Positions 37,701 through 45,953 of a stretch of DNA of 64,000 nucleotides are shown here, piece after piece (position 1 is the stretch's first letter; the number at the start of each line of letters is the position of its first letter). The position numbers and the translations under genes were made by a program. The notes under the pieces were generated by a model. That model was not told the origin of the DNA. It made no database searches and saw only the letters and a list, made by a program, of their open reading frames with translations. Location of the stretch: assembly GCA_937876465.1 (NCBI GenBank), contig CALEHV010000035.1, positions 140-64,139 on the forward strand, in the 5' to 3' direction. This DNA is from an uncultured Bacillota bacterium. GTDB taxonomy: Bacteria > Bacillota_I > Bacilli_A > RFN20 > CAG-826.

Positions 37701-38466
37701 TATATACATTAGCAGACCAATAAGAACTTAAATGAGTATCTCCTTTCTCGCGATATTTACCAGAAAAAGGGAATGGTCTTCCTTCATTATCTATCCAGCA
37801 TGTTAATGTGTAGCCAATTTCTTCTAAATACTGAGGAATGTTGTACTGAGAATTATAAGATACATTTAGTGGTTCTAGAGTTTTTCCAAATATTTGATCT
37901 TCGAAATAGATTTTATACGCTTTTGATGTAAATTTCGCTTTTAGATTAATATCCTCTGTCACTCTATCAGCATAAAATCCATTAAAAACCCACTCTCTTT
38001 CAGGATAGCCTTCAACATACCAGCTTGATATATTGTAGCCTTCAGTTTCACTAGCTGATGGTTTCTCAATTTTGGAATTTGAAGGCACCACTTTAGTTTC
38101 AATTAAATCATCATCACAGTAAAAGTTTACTGTATATGTTGTTGTGTCTTTTACATTTCCTGCATTAACAGTTTCCCCATTTGAAAAAGTAACAATCAAA
38201 TCTCCATTTTCATCAATAAATGTGTTAACGACAGAAACTCCATCTTTCCCATCTTCACCCTGTTCACCTTGTGGGCCAGTATCACCTTGTGGACCAGTAT
38301 CACCTTGTGGGCCTTGTGGGCCGGTATCACCTTGTGGGCCTTGTGGACCAGTATCACCTTTTTCTCCTTGGATACCTTGTGGGCCTTGTAGGCCTGCTTG
38401 ACAACCTACAAGTGTGAAACACGATATGATACTTAAAACCAAAAAACGTATTTGTTTAAATTTCAT
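34708..38466 (-). CDS. giant surface lipoprotein: collagen-like GXY stalk, Listeria-Bacteroides (InlB B-type) repeats, then BspA-type leucine-rich repeats
   Basis: Lipobox FTLVGC, followed directly by 17 GXY triplets. Next come repeats of the YTVNF...GY.F.GW type, then many 23-aa units [23 protein letters not shown]. An in-frame TGA 9 nt upstream fixes the start. Confidence 0.85.
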   Translation of the reverse strand: MKFKQIRFLVLSIISCFTLVGCQAGLQGPQGIQGEKGDTGPQGPQGDTGPQGPQGDTGPQGDTGPQGEQGEDGKDGVSVVNTFIDENGDLIVTFSNGETVNAGNVKDTTTYTVNFYCDDDLIETKVVPSNSKIEKPSASETEGYNISSWYVEGYPEREWVFNGFYADRVTEDINLKAKFTSKAYKIYFEDQIFGKTLEPLNVSYNSQYNIPQYLEEIGYTLTCWIDNEGRPFPFSGKYREKGDTHLSSYWSANVYTVTLKANGGECDIKSVKVVYNCAYELPIPMKYNSTFLGWFKDDVKYSNKATWTIPNDLTLTAKWSSNSNVYSFDAGDGTCDTTLMTITFKSPYELPVPTTAKKEIDWEYVFDCWLLDGKVIPTKGNSWEYSEASKILTARYKLRDDDEYLDGKYDFTLIDNEYDLYKKSGNNFCFAYIPSYYSGRKIASIGVHAFSRDNVLTSIKIENTITSIQQYAFYCCSSLRSIEIPDSVVTIGDDAFYGCSSLISVRLPEKIAKIEASTFCECISLTTINIPNSVSFISWGAFSRCSSLVSINIPYGIQYVYYATFSNCSSLVSIEIPSSVISIGSEAFLGCSSLVSINIPNSVTSIGNSAFKHCSSLSSIYIPNSVTSSISSDVFEGCTSLTIYCEIASKPTTWHFNGKIIWNCMGYFTKNGINYGATNDGNLVVAVLIDKTLADIDIPSQIDGMPVVSIAQNAFYHCSSLTSINIPNSVTSIGDKAFYHCSSLTSINIPNSVTSIGNSAFCHCSSLTSINIPNSVTSIGDKAFYHCSSLTSINIPNSVTSIGNSAFYDCSSLTSIYIPEGVIFIGDDAFLSCNSLSICCESSSKPGGWDTNWKSLSTPVVWNCMSHFTKDGINYVVTKDGNIVLVSLADKTLTEINIPSQIDGMPVVSIAGGAFKDSKSLTLIFIPSSITSIGSDVFDNCPFLHIICESKSKPSGWYTDFRPVVWNCMSHFIKDGINYGVTKDGNLVVVSLADNTITEINIPSHVNGKPVTAINEYAFKNSVSLISISIPDTVTSIGEYITPNSEVTIYCEIKSKPSGWGSFWNSWRPVVWNCMSHFTKDGINYGVTKDGNLVVASLADNTITEINIPSQIDGMSVIAIADYAFYYCDSIISVNIPNTIISIGSRAFSGCSSLTSIYIPEGVVSIGDEAFAASALILISIPKSLTSIGHGAFSGCSSLTSIYIPEGVIFIGDDAFRICNSLSIFCESSSQPSGWSSIWNTSDRPVVWNYQA
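35118..36486 (-). repeat. four dispersed direct repeats of about 140 bp, marking the starts of repeated BspA-like units
   Basis: Near-identical segments lie at about 35118-35262, 35441-35582, 35751-35892 and 36351-36486. Each encodes [45 protein letters not shown]. Confidence 0.85.
36027..36327 (-). repeat. 69-bp in-frame tandem repeat, about 4.3 copies (LRR units)
   Basis: AATAGATGTGACAGAATTAGGGATATTGATGGAAGTTAAAGAAGAACAATG recurs starting at 36061, 36130, 36199 and 36268. Confidence 0.9.
38239..38394 (-). repeat. collagen-like GXY coding repeat (9/18-nt periodic DNA)
   Basis: Reiterated ccttgtgggcc / agtatcacc units encode [12 protein letters not shown]... Confidence 0.9.
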
Positions 38467-38518
38467 AAATATTCAATAATTTATGTTCGATTAAAATTGA
38501 ACACTTCTCCTTCTAATA

Positions 38519-38549
38519 ATTCTAGAGAGAGAGAGAGAGAGAGAGTCAA
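38519..38549 (-). promoter_or_regulatory. putative promoter of the LRR lipoprotein gene, with the microsatellite as its spacer
   Basis: On the minus strand, TTGACT (38549-38544) and TAGAAT (38524-38519) are separated by a 19-nt spacer made almost entirely of CT repeats. Confidence 0.45.
38524..38545 (-). repeat. (CT)11 dinucleotide microsatellite, read as (AG)11 on the + strand
   Basis: A perfect 22-nt tract, tctAGAGAGAGAGAGAGAGAGAGAGtcaag, lying 58 nt upstream of the lipoprotein ATG. Confidence 0.98.
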
Positions 38550-38794
38550 GCACTTATATAATAAGAGTGCTAATAACTTTCTATGTCAAAATTATTAAAA
38601 ATTAAGAAAATCGTTAAAAGCAGTTTTCTTCAAGATATGTAATTGCTCACAACTTTTTAAACATTTGGTAATTGGTTAAATACAAAATCTATTAAAGTTA
38701 ATAATTAAAATCAATGCATAAAATGAGATAAAAATTTTTAGAATAAGATTTAATTATTGCCGAATACAAACATTAACATGTTGAAGAGTTCGTA

Positions 38795-38896
38795 TTATTG
38801 TAAACAAAAGCCAAATTCTTCGATATCTGCCCTACGTTTAAGCGAAGCTTAAAATCATTTTAAAATTGCGTTGTTCTTTTCAATGTTGTATTTCAT
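38795..38896 (-). pseudogene. possible decayed YafQ/RelE-type toxin remnant
   Basis: An ATG overlaps the antitoxin stop (ATGA). The frame reads MKYNIEKNNAILK*F*ASLKRRADIEEFGFCLQ*, with three in-frame stops and only weak toxin-like N-terminal character. Confidence 0.25.
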
Positions 38897-39165
38897 TTAA
38901 GCAAATCTTCAATCAGTGTATCTACACTATCAAATGTTTCCGATTTGCTACGATTATGCTCCATTTTTTCAACTTCTCTATAATTTCTATTTGGAACTTC
39001 ACGAGTAATTTCAAAAGGAATCCTCTGTTCTCGAACAGATTGCGTTAAAAATAATGAAATAGCCGTAGACAAATCTAACCCAAATTCCCTAAATAGCGCA
39101 ACTGCGTCCTTCTTCAATTCAGAATCAATATTTCTGTGTATAATATATGCACGATAAGCACACAC
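38893..39165 (-). CDS. RelB/DinJ-family type II antitoxin
   Basis: 90-aa ORF with a GTG start. RNIDSELKKDAVALFREFGLDLSTAISLFLTQSVREQRIPFEI is the DinJ ribbon-helix-helix region, and the C-terminus ...FDSVDTLIEDLLK is typical of the family. Confidence 0.8.
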   Translation of the reverse strand: MCAYRAYIIHRNIDSELKKDAVALFREFGLDLSTAISLFLTQSVREQRIPFEITREVPNRNYREVEKMEHNRSKSETFDSVDTLIEDLLK

Positions 39166-39180
39166 TATAAATATTAATAA

Positions 39181-40446
39181 TTACTTTTTATTAGTTATGG
39201 AAACAATTCTTTGATAATTTCGATAGCCTTTGGTTAAAGAAAGGCAAGTAACTAATGAGCCGAATAATAAGTTAGCAGTAATAAATTGAACAATTGCGCT
39301 ACTTCCAATGTAATAGATAGTATCACCATTATTGATGTTCATCATAATGCAAATAACAATATTTAATATCATTGATATTGTGGATACTAAAAGAATAATA
39401 AAACCAAGAACGTATGAAGGGATTTTAAACATCATTCCTCTTTCATTCTTAGAAAAGAATCCAATTGAAATAAATATTATTAATGAACTTACAATAAGTC
39501 CATTTACGTAAACAAATAAATATAAGGAAGACGAAATAATTAATCCCGTAATATCTTGTGAATCGACTATAGAAGAAATTTGTATAATCGATTTTTCAAC
39601 AAGTGAGTACAATCTAAAGCTATTATTTTTTGAAATAAGTGAAACTTCTCCAATATTGCTTATCAAAATTAATCCAAAGAAGAAGGCACAACCAAAGAAA
39701 ATTCTTTCGAGCAATAAAACAGGTCTTCTTCTATCTTTTGAGGTGATGATTGTGATTATAAATATCGCTAATAACGAAACAAAAGCAGTCCAAATATATA
39801 AACTTTGATATGAAGAAATTGAATAAATTCCTCCAACATTATTGTTCATAGAAAGAATAAGTTGAGTTCCTAAAATATTTGAACATAATTGGACTGCAAC
39901 ATATTTATATGAAGTGCAGATAATATTATCTTTTACTTTAAGTTCTTTAAATGTATTGTTAATTCCGATTAGTCCAAATACAAGGCATATACCTATATTT
40001 AAAACAACTATAACAAACGGTATTAAAACTTTTAAGTAAGCAATAGCAACTTCTCCACCACTTAAACTAGCATTAATAGCATCTGTAATTAAACCCCATT
40101 GCTTGAAAAGATAAAACCACGAAAAACCATAATCTAATTCACTTGAACCAGTGAAAGAAACATATTGTCCAAAAGGTAAAACTATCCCAACAAATAGTAA
40201 AACTAATGTAACAACTAAGAAGATTTTTGAAAATATATTTTTCGTATGTTGCGAAATTTCTTTATTATTTTCTTTTTCGTTTGTCTCATGAGGAATTTTC
40301 TTTCCACAATGAGGACATTCGACCTCATCTGGTGAAATTGGTTTTCCACATTTAGGACATAAAATCTTGCCGTCCACTCTTGCACCGCAATTAATGCAAT
40401 ATGAGGCAATATCTGGATTGTCAAAGCCACACTTTGGACATTTCAT
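39181..40446 (-). CDS. double zinc-ribbon membrane protein, function unknown
   Basis: MKCPKCGFDNPDIASYCINCGARVDGKILCPKCGKPISPDEVECPHCGKKI is followed by about 8 TM helices. GGAG lies 7 nt upstream of the ATG at 40446, which sits 1 nt after the CDF stop. Confidence 0.7.
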   Translation of the reverse strand: MKCPKCGFDNPDIASYCINCGARVDGKILCPKCGKPISPDEVECPHCGKKIPHETNEKENNKEISQHTKNIFSKIFLVVTLVLLFVGIVLPFGQYVSFTGSSELDYGFSWFYLFKQWGLITDAINASLSGGEVAIAYLKVLIPFVIVVLNIGICLVFGLIGINNTFKELKVKDNIICTSYKYVAVQLCSNILGTQLILSMNNNVGGIYSISSYQSLYIWTAFVSLLAIFIITIITSKDRRRPVLLLERIFFGCAFFFGLILISNIGEVSLISKNNSFRLYSLVEKSIIQISSIVDSQDITGLIISSSLYLFVYVNGLIVSSLIIFISIGFFSKNERGMMFKIPSYVLGFIILLVSTISMILNIVICIMMNINNGDTIYYIGSSAIVQFITANLLFGSLVTCLSLTKGYRNYQRIVSITNKK

Positions 40447-40447
40447 T

Positions 40448-41662
40448 TTATTTCTCCACAAAAGGGCGGTCGACATGAATAACAACGTTGATTTTTACAT
40501 CCTCGTTTTCATTAACCGCATCTTCAAATAAGCGAACCAATTCAGTTTCTTTAATCTTATCTTCGAAAGGAACAACGACATCAAACAAAATGTTCTTATG
40601 TCCGGTTCCAAAAACCATTCTAAAATCGTGAATTGTGTAATTTAAATTCTTTTCTTTAATAAAATTAAGTACTTTTTCTTTTAAACGTTGAACCTCTGGA
40701 TTTGAAATTTCAATTGGGTCCATATGAACTGTCAATTCAACATCAAATTTTTGTTTTATATCCTTTTCAATATCGTCCATTAATTCATGAGAAGTCAAAA
40801 CATCTACAGTAGAATCTACTTCAACGTGAATTGTCATAAAAATCTTTGTTGGGCCGTAGTTGTGAGCCATCATGTCATGGACTCCAAGAACTCCATCATA
40901 AGATTCAATTTCCTTAACAATCTTTTCAACCTCTTCCATTGATGTTGACTCACCAATTAAAGGGCTTGAAGTTTCTAAAATCATTTTGACTCCTGAGAAA
41001 CCAACAAATAAAGCGACAACAATACCAATAAGTCCATCAAGAGAAAATGGTATTTTTACTGAATTTTGTTCGCAAATTGCACAAACAATTGCACCAATCA
41101 AAATTAATAAAGTTGAAATAGAATCAGTTAACGAATCTACTGCAGTAGCTTTAAGAGCAACAGACTTAATAATCTTGCTCATTCTGAAATTAAATAAAGA
41201 TTGTAATAGTTTAAAAACTATAGCAATGCCTAAAATGATAAATGGCCATGGTTGAGAAAATACAAAAATTGAAGGATCATCTACTTTATATTCCACCATT
41301 TTCATGACAGATGTATAAGCAAGAACAATTGCTAAAGCAACAATAACAATTGAAACAATTAAACCAGCAATGTATTCGATTCTTTGATGCCCAAAAGGAT
41401 GTTCTTTATCAGCAGGTTTACTAGAAAATTTAAAACCTAACAATGTAATTGCTGAACTTGCGAAGTCACTTAAGTTGTTAATGGAGTCTGCAATGATTGA
41501 AATAGAAGCAGAAATAATACCAAAGACAAGCTTCATTCCAAAAAGAATAATATTTGAAAAAATCCCGAAACCTGCAGCCAATTTTCCATGTGAAGTTCTT
41601 ACCTTTGGATCATCAACGTTTTTATAATTTTTAATGAATATTTTTCTTAGTAATGTGACCAT
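40448..41662 (-). CDS. cation diffusion facilitator (CDF) family metal efflux transporter
   Basis: TM domain with SIIADSINNLSDFASS and DSLTDSIST, plus a C-terminal cytoplasmic dimerisation domain. The start is either the ATG at 41662 or the TTG at 41686. Confidence 0.85.
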   Translation of the reverse strand: MVTLLRKIFIKNYKNVDDPKVRTSHGKLAAGFGIFSNIILFGMKLVFGIISASISIIADSINNLSDFASSAITLLGFKFSSKPADKEHPFGHQRIEYIAGLIVSIVIVALAIVLAYTSVMKMVEYKVDDPSIFVFSQPWPFIILGIAIVFKLLQSLFNFRMSKIIKSVALKATAVDSLTDSISTLLILIGAIVCAICEQNSVKIPFSLDGLIGIVVALFVGFSGVKMILETSSPLIGESTSMEEVEKIVKEIESYDGVLGVHDMMAHNYGPTKIFMTIHVEVDSTVDVLTSHELMDDIEKDIKQKFDVELTVHMDPIEISNPEVQRLKEKVLNFIKEKNLNYTIHDFRMVFGTGHKNILFDVVVPFEDKIKETELVRLFEDAVNENEDVKINVVIHVDRPFVEK

Positions 41663-41723
41663 AGTCGTAAAGATAGTATAAAACAAAATGTTTTAATTTT
41701 GAAATGTATTCTTATGTGCGACT

Positions 41724-41751
41724 AAAGAAAAAACCTCTCATTATTGAGAGG
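41724..41751 (-). terminator. rho-independent terminator after the 905-aa surface protein gene
   Basis: The minus strand reads ACCTCTCA ataa TGAGAGGT followed by TTTTTTC. Confidence 0.8.
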
Positions 41752-41762
41752 TCTTATTCTAA

Positions 41763-44480
41763 CTAGTTTTCTTTGCGTTTCTTGATAAATAAGAATGCAC
41801 CAACTGCAGGTATTGCGATCACACTAATGACAACAATTAATTCAGTTATATTTTGCTTTTCTAGCATAGGTGCAATTTGGAACGAGAACGAAGAAACTGG
41901 AATTACTCTTTCGCCAATAAATGCAGGATATCTGTCGGTTCCATATTTATTAACGATGTAGTCATATAATCTTATTGCTTCTGCAACAATTTGGTAGGTT
42001 GATCCACGCGCAGTTACAACTGTTGAAGCGCCTGAACCAAATGCTTCGTATTCCGCATTGATCAATAAGGCTTTGTCTTCATTACCTAAATCAGCAAACG
42101 CTTCAGCCATATCTACCCAAGAAGTTGAATGAACAGGATCTGTTTGTCCAGTTGCATCACATGTGATACTACTTAAGAAATCTTGTGACCATTGGAACAC
42201 TTCTTCTGAAGGATAAGAAGCTTGTGCTTTATAAAGGCTAACTTTGTTATTTGTACCTATTTTGTTGTAACAAGAGAACAATAAACTTGATTTGTTGAAG
42301 AACAATAAATTATGTGTATAGTCTCCTAATGCAGCTGCATCAACTTCTTCATTAGCAAAAGCGATACTAAAGGAACCATTTCCATCTAAAACATCTTTTG
42401 TTCTTAAGTAATTGCTTGAACTACTTGCCGCATAAATGTATCCATCTCTACTACGATCATAGAATGCATATGAACCTTGGGTTGTTCCAATTCTTAATTC
42501 AAATGGATGAATATCTAAATCTGTATCGTATTGAACTGTACCATCTGTATTTTTAACAATTTCAATTGCTTTACGGTTGTTTGATTCTTGTGAGCCTAAT
42601 GCATAGGTTGCAGCATCTTTTTCTCCAACAATGAGAATGTTGTCTCCCACATTAAGTTCTGCTAAGGATTTTACTTTGGTAAATTGTTGTGAATACGGTA
42701 TCGGAGTAATTTGAATTTGAATTGAATCGTAGATATCATCTCCACCATTAGCAGTACATGTAACTGTTGCAGTACCAACTGCTAAGAATTGCATTAATCC
42801 TTCTGCGTCAATTGAAACAAGATCATCTTCATCAACAGAATATGTGACAGACTTATCTGTGGCATTTGAAGGTAAAATTGTTGGCTCTAATTGGAAAGAG
42901 GTACCAACTTTAAATGATTGACCTGCTTCAATATTGAGTGATACCGATTCAACAAGAACAATTGTAGCCGAAACAGTTACATCAAATGTTGCTGTTGCGC
43001 CACATCTATGTGTAACAGTAATTGTTTGTGTTCCTGCTGTGGATAATGTCATTGGAGAATATGTACAACTTGCTGCAACATTTTCCAATTCTTCCGATGC
43101 TTCAGTAACAGCACTAACAACAATACCAGTTGGATCTAACGTTTCATTTAATGAATATTCTACTTTAGAAGGCAATGATTCTACTGCAATCTCTTCAACT
43201 GGATCAGCAGAATATAATTTCATTTTTGCATTATTAGTATTTGTATATGTTCTAAAATCTGGAGCGGTACTATATAAAGATAAATATCTTGTATTGTTAA
43301 CTGAATTTCTCAAGTAGATAAAGCCATCACCAGCGTCTTCTACAATCCAGTTTTGGGTACCATTTTCAAGAGCATTAACACCATCGTTGGAAGTTGTGCA
43401 TCCAAGAACATATGTTTTATCTTCAACAGTTTTTGAAATTGTATAAGTATTTCTTTCAACTCTATCAAAAACCCATCCGGCATCATCTGTATAATCGTTA
43501 ATAAAATTAATTTTTTCGGTTAATTTGTCGGAATCCTCAGTTTTAATATAACCGGATTTTAAAATATAAGAATCACTTGATGAATCTGATGTTAAAAGAT
43601 AAGCCTCACCATCTACAATGCCTCCGATTGGAGAAAATGGATTTACGACAATATCTGAAACTGTATATGGATCGCTTTCAACATCATTATAAGAAGCAGT
43701 AACATCGACTGATGTGGTTCCAAGAGCAGCAACTGCAGGATCAACTGACCAATCTACTGAACTAGTAAGATCTGCAGTAGTTAAATCTGAATAAGTACCA
43801 GTTGCAACTAATCCAGTTGGATCGAATTCTTCACCTTCTTCATAAGTTGTTTTGCCCATATTTCCACTTACTTCAATAGAAGAAAGTGTTTTTGTATTTT
43901 CTGCAATTGTTAATTCGATTTTCTTCCAACCAATTTGATTATTGGTTAAAGTGGTTGAAACTGTAGCGCTTGTTGCGACCGCATTATTTAAAGAAATATC
44001 TCCACTTTCCCAAAGACGATCTGTGAATGTTTTAACATCAATATTTGAAGAGTCGCTTGGTGAAATAGTTAGTTTTTGTTCTTTTTCTGGTTTATCGGTT
44101 TGAGTCCAACCATAAAATGTAACAGCTACTTTACTAATTACATATCCAGTTTCATTTAATTCTATGGACAAATCAGCATTTTTTGTGACTGGCATAGAAG
44201 TGATATTTGAAGAGGATTTATTTGCACCGCTAAATGTAAAAGTAACATCCGGTAAATCGCCATCAATTTCGCTGGATTCAACAACACGTTCATTATATGT
44301 AGTATTCCATTTAGATGCATATGTTTGAAAGTTTTTTTCGAAATCAAAAGTGTACTTTCCTGTATCAACTTCAGCCTTTGCTTCAATTGGTTTTACAGCA
44401 CAATTAATTCCAATTACAGAACCAACGCCCAAAACTAAAGCAGAGGAAGCTAACAAAGCTAAAATCTTAAATTTTTTCAT
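41763..44480 (-). CDS. 905-aa surface protein with Big_2 domains, uncharacterised modules and a C-terminal TM anchor; no catalytic domain recognised
   Basis: Signal peptide MKKFKILALLASSALVLGVG. There is a Big_2-like region around VESVSLNIEAGQSFKVGTSFQLEPTILPSNATDKSVTYSV. The C-terminus is a TM helix followed by KKRKEN. Confidence 0.75.
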   Translation of the reverse strand: MKKFKILALLASSALVLGVGSVIGINCAVKPIEAKAEVDTGKYTFDFEKNFQTYASKWNTTYNERVVESSEIDGDLPDVTFTFSGANKSSSNITSMPVTKNADLSIELNETGYVISKVAVTFYGWTQTDKPEKEQKLTISPSDSSNIDVKTFTDRLWESGDISLNNAVATSATVSTTLTNNQIGWKKIELTIAENTKTLSSIEVSGNMGKTTYEEGEEFDPTGLVATGTYSDLTTADLTSSVDWSVDPAVAALGTTSVDVTASYNDVESDPYTVSDIVVNPFSPIGGIVDGEAYLLTSDSSSDSYILKSGYIKTEDSDKLTEKINFINDYTDDAGWVFDRVERNTYTISKTVEDKTYVLGCTTSNDGVNALENGTQNWIVEDAGDGFIYLRNSVNNTRYLSLYSTAPDFRTYTNTNNAKMKLYSADPVEEIAVESLPSKVEYSLNETLDPTGIVVSAVTEASEELENVAASCTYSPMTLSTAGTQTITVTHRCGATATFDVTVSATIVLVESVSLNIEAGQSFKVGTSFQLEPTILPSNATDKSVTYSVDEDDLVSIDAEGLMQFLAVGTATVTCTANGGDDIYDSIQIQITPIPYSQQFTKVKSLAELNVGDNILIVGEKDAATYALGSQESNNRKAIEIVKNTDGTVQYDTDLDIHPFELRIGTTQGSYAFYDRSRDGYIYAASSSSNYLRTKDVLDGNGSFSIAFANEEVDAAALGDYTHNLLFFNKSSLLFSCYNKIGTNNKVSLYKAQASYPSEEVFQWSQDFLSSITCDATGQTDPVHSTSWVDMAEAFADLGNEDKALLINAEYEAFGSGASTVVTARGSTYQIVAEAIRLYDYIVNKYGTDRYPAFIGERVIPVSSFSFQIAPMLEKQNITELIVVISVIAIPAVGAFLFIKKRKEN

Positions 44481-44606
44481 AATTTTACCTCCGAATTTTA
44501 TAGCAAAATTTTTACAGTATTTTCTTTACACCATTATATATGCACATACGAGCGGACACAATAAATCATTTAATATTTTATTTAAAAATAAATATAATAA
44601 TTACGT

Positions 44607-45881
44607 ATGAAAGCAGTAATAATGGCAGGCGGCCAAGGAACCAGACTTGGCAATTTAGTTAGAGAAGTACCTAAACCAATGGTTAAGGTAAATAACAAAG
44701 CAATTTTGGAAAGACAAATTGAAACTTTAGTTTCATGTGGAGTCACCGAAATAACTTTAGTTATTGGTTATTTAGGAGATGTTATTAAACAATATTTCCA
44801 AGATGGGAAAAAGTTTAATGTTAGCATCGACTATATTGAAGAAACTTCTCCAATGGGTTCTGCAGGTTCTCTGTTCTATTTAAAAGATAAATTTGATGAT
44901 GATTTTGTCCTACTTTTTGGTGACTTAATTGAGTCTGTTGATTTCAATAAAATGATGGAATTTCATAAGCAAAATAATGCCTTAATAACTCTGCTTTCTC
45001 ACCCTAATATGCACCCATTCGATTCAGACCTAATTATCGTAGATAAAAATAACGTCGTTTTAGGTATGGATTCGAAGCACAATATTCGTAATTATTTTTA
45101 CCATAATTTAGTTAACGCAGGCATCTATATTTTGAGCCCAAAATCTCTTGAATATTTTACTGAAATTCGTAAACAAGATATGGAAAAAGACTTTATTAAA
45201 AGTCTAATTCCATCAAATCGTGTATACTCATACTGCTCAAGCGAGTATGTAAAAGACGCAGGAACTTTAGAAAGATTAGAGGCGGTTGGAAACGACATCA
45301 AAAACGGCCTTGTCGAAGCTAAAAATATTCGCCATAAACAAAAGGCAATTTTCCTTGATCGTGATGGCACAATTAACACCCTTGTTGGGCACTTAGATGA
45401 CATCAATAAATTTGAGTTAATTGACGGGGTTGCAGAAGCAATCAAAAAGATTAATGCTTCAGGTTATCTTGCAATAGTCATTACAAACCAACCAGTTGTC
45501 GCTCGTGGAGCCTTAACTTTAGAAGGTTTGGAAGAAGTTCATAAGAAAATGGAAACACTTCTTGGAAACGAAGGCGCATTCCTAGACGCAATTTATTTCT
45601 GTCCTCACTATCCAGAGAGTGGCTTCCCTGGCGAAGTTAAAGAATTAAAAATTGAATGTGACTGCCGCAAACCAAAAATCGGAATGCTATTAAAAGCTCA
45701 ATCTCGTTTTAACATTGACTTTAGTCAATCTTGGTTCGTTGGAGATGCAGATTTAGATATTGAATGTGGTCAAAATGCAGGCACAAAAACTGTTTTAATT
45801 AAAAGCGAAAAGGTCTGCAAATCAAAGCCAGACTACACTGTAAATTCCTTGCTTGAAGCTGTTGAACTTATCACAAAATAA
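44607..45881 (+). CDS. bifunctional sugar-1-phosphate nucleotidyltransferase (HddC-like) / D,D-heptose 1,7-bisphosphate phosphatase (GmhB-like HAD-IIIA)
   Basis: The N-terminus MKAVIMAGGQGTRLG...PKPM is an NTP-transferase motif. The C-terminal half carries FLDRDGTIN, ITNQP, CPHYPE..CDCRKP and VGDADLD. Confidence 0.8.
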   Translation: MKAVIMAGGQGTRLGNLVREVPKPMVKVNNKAILERQIETLVSCGVTEITLVIGYLGDVIKQYFQDGKKFNVSIDYIEETSPMGSAGSLFYLKDKFDDDFVLLFGDLIESVDFNKMMEFHKQNNALITLLSHPNMHPFDSDLIIVDKNNVVLGMDSKHNIRNYFYHNLVNAGIYILSPKSLEYFTEIRKQDMEKDFIKSLIPSNRVYSYCSSEYVKDAGTLERLEAVGNDIKNGLVEAKNIRHKQKAIFLDRDGTINTLVGHLDDINKFELIDGVAEAIKKINASGYLAIVITNQPVVARGALTLEGLEEVHKKMETLLGNEGAFLDAIYFCPHYPESGFPGEVKELKIECDCRKPKIGMLLKAQSRFNIDFSQSWFVGDADLDIECGQNAGTKTVLIKSEKVCKSKPDYTVNSLLEAVELITK

Positions 45882-45953
45882 GTCATATTTCAATTCTTGC
45901 TTATATATTTCATATATGTATAATAGTAGTGTTTCACGAATTTAATTTATTAA

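Noticed and set aside
38144-38401. ORF-track protein rich in [10 protein letters not shown] on the + strand
   Set aside because: This is the antisense translation of the collagen-like GXY repeat. The many other antisense ORFs (e.g. 2686-2967, 13800-14147, 17481-17867, 59730-60107) are likewise shadow ORFs inside well-supported genes.
34708-38466. Diversity-generating retroelement targeting the LRR repeats
   Set aside because: There is no reverse transcriptase or template-repeat pair in the window. Differences between repeat copies are not adenine-specific.
38498-38512. SD-like GAAGGAG followed by GTG as an upstream start or leader peptide of the LRR gene
   Set aside because: The spacing to the GTG is only 2 nt and the frame stops after 7 codons. 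The lipoprotein signal peptide begins at the ATG at 38466, with an in-frame TGA 9 nt upstream.
38467-38892. Invertible promoter (inverton) upstream of the LRR lipoprotein gene
   Set aside because: Only a 6-bp inverted repeat (AGCACT...AGTGCT, about 38549-38571) was seen. There are no long flanking inverted repeats and no site-specific recombinase gene nearby.
41663-41762. NiCo/czcD-type riboswitch upstream of the CDF transporter
   Set aside because: The region is too short and is largely occupied by the terminator of the upstream gene. No conserved four-way-junction sequence is present.
27993-44480. LPXTG sortase substrates
   Set aside because: No LPXTG-like pentapeptide precedes the C-terminal helices of either anchored protein. 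LLPELYG and LLPKLY inside the shared module are internal, not C-terminal.
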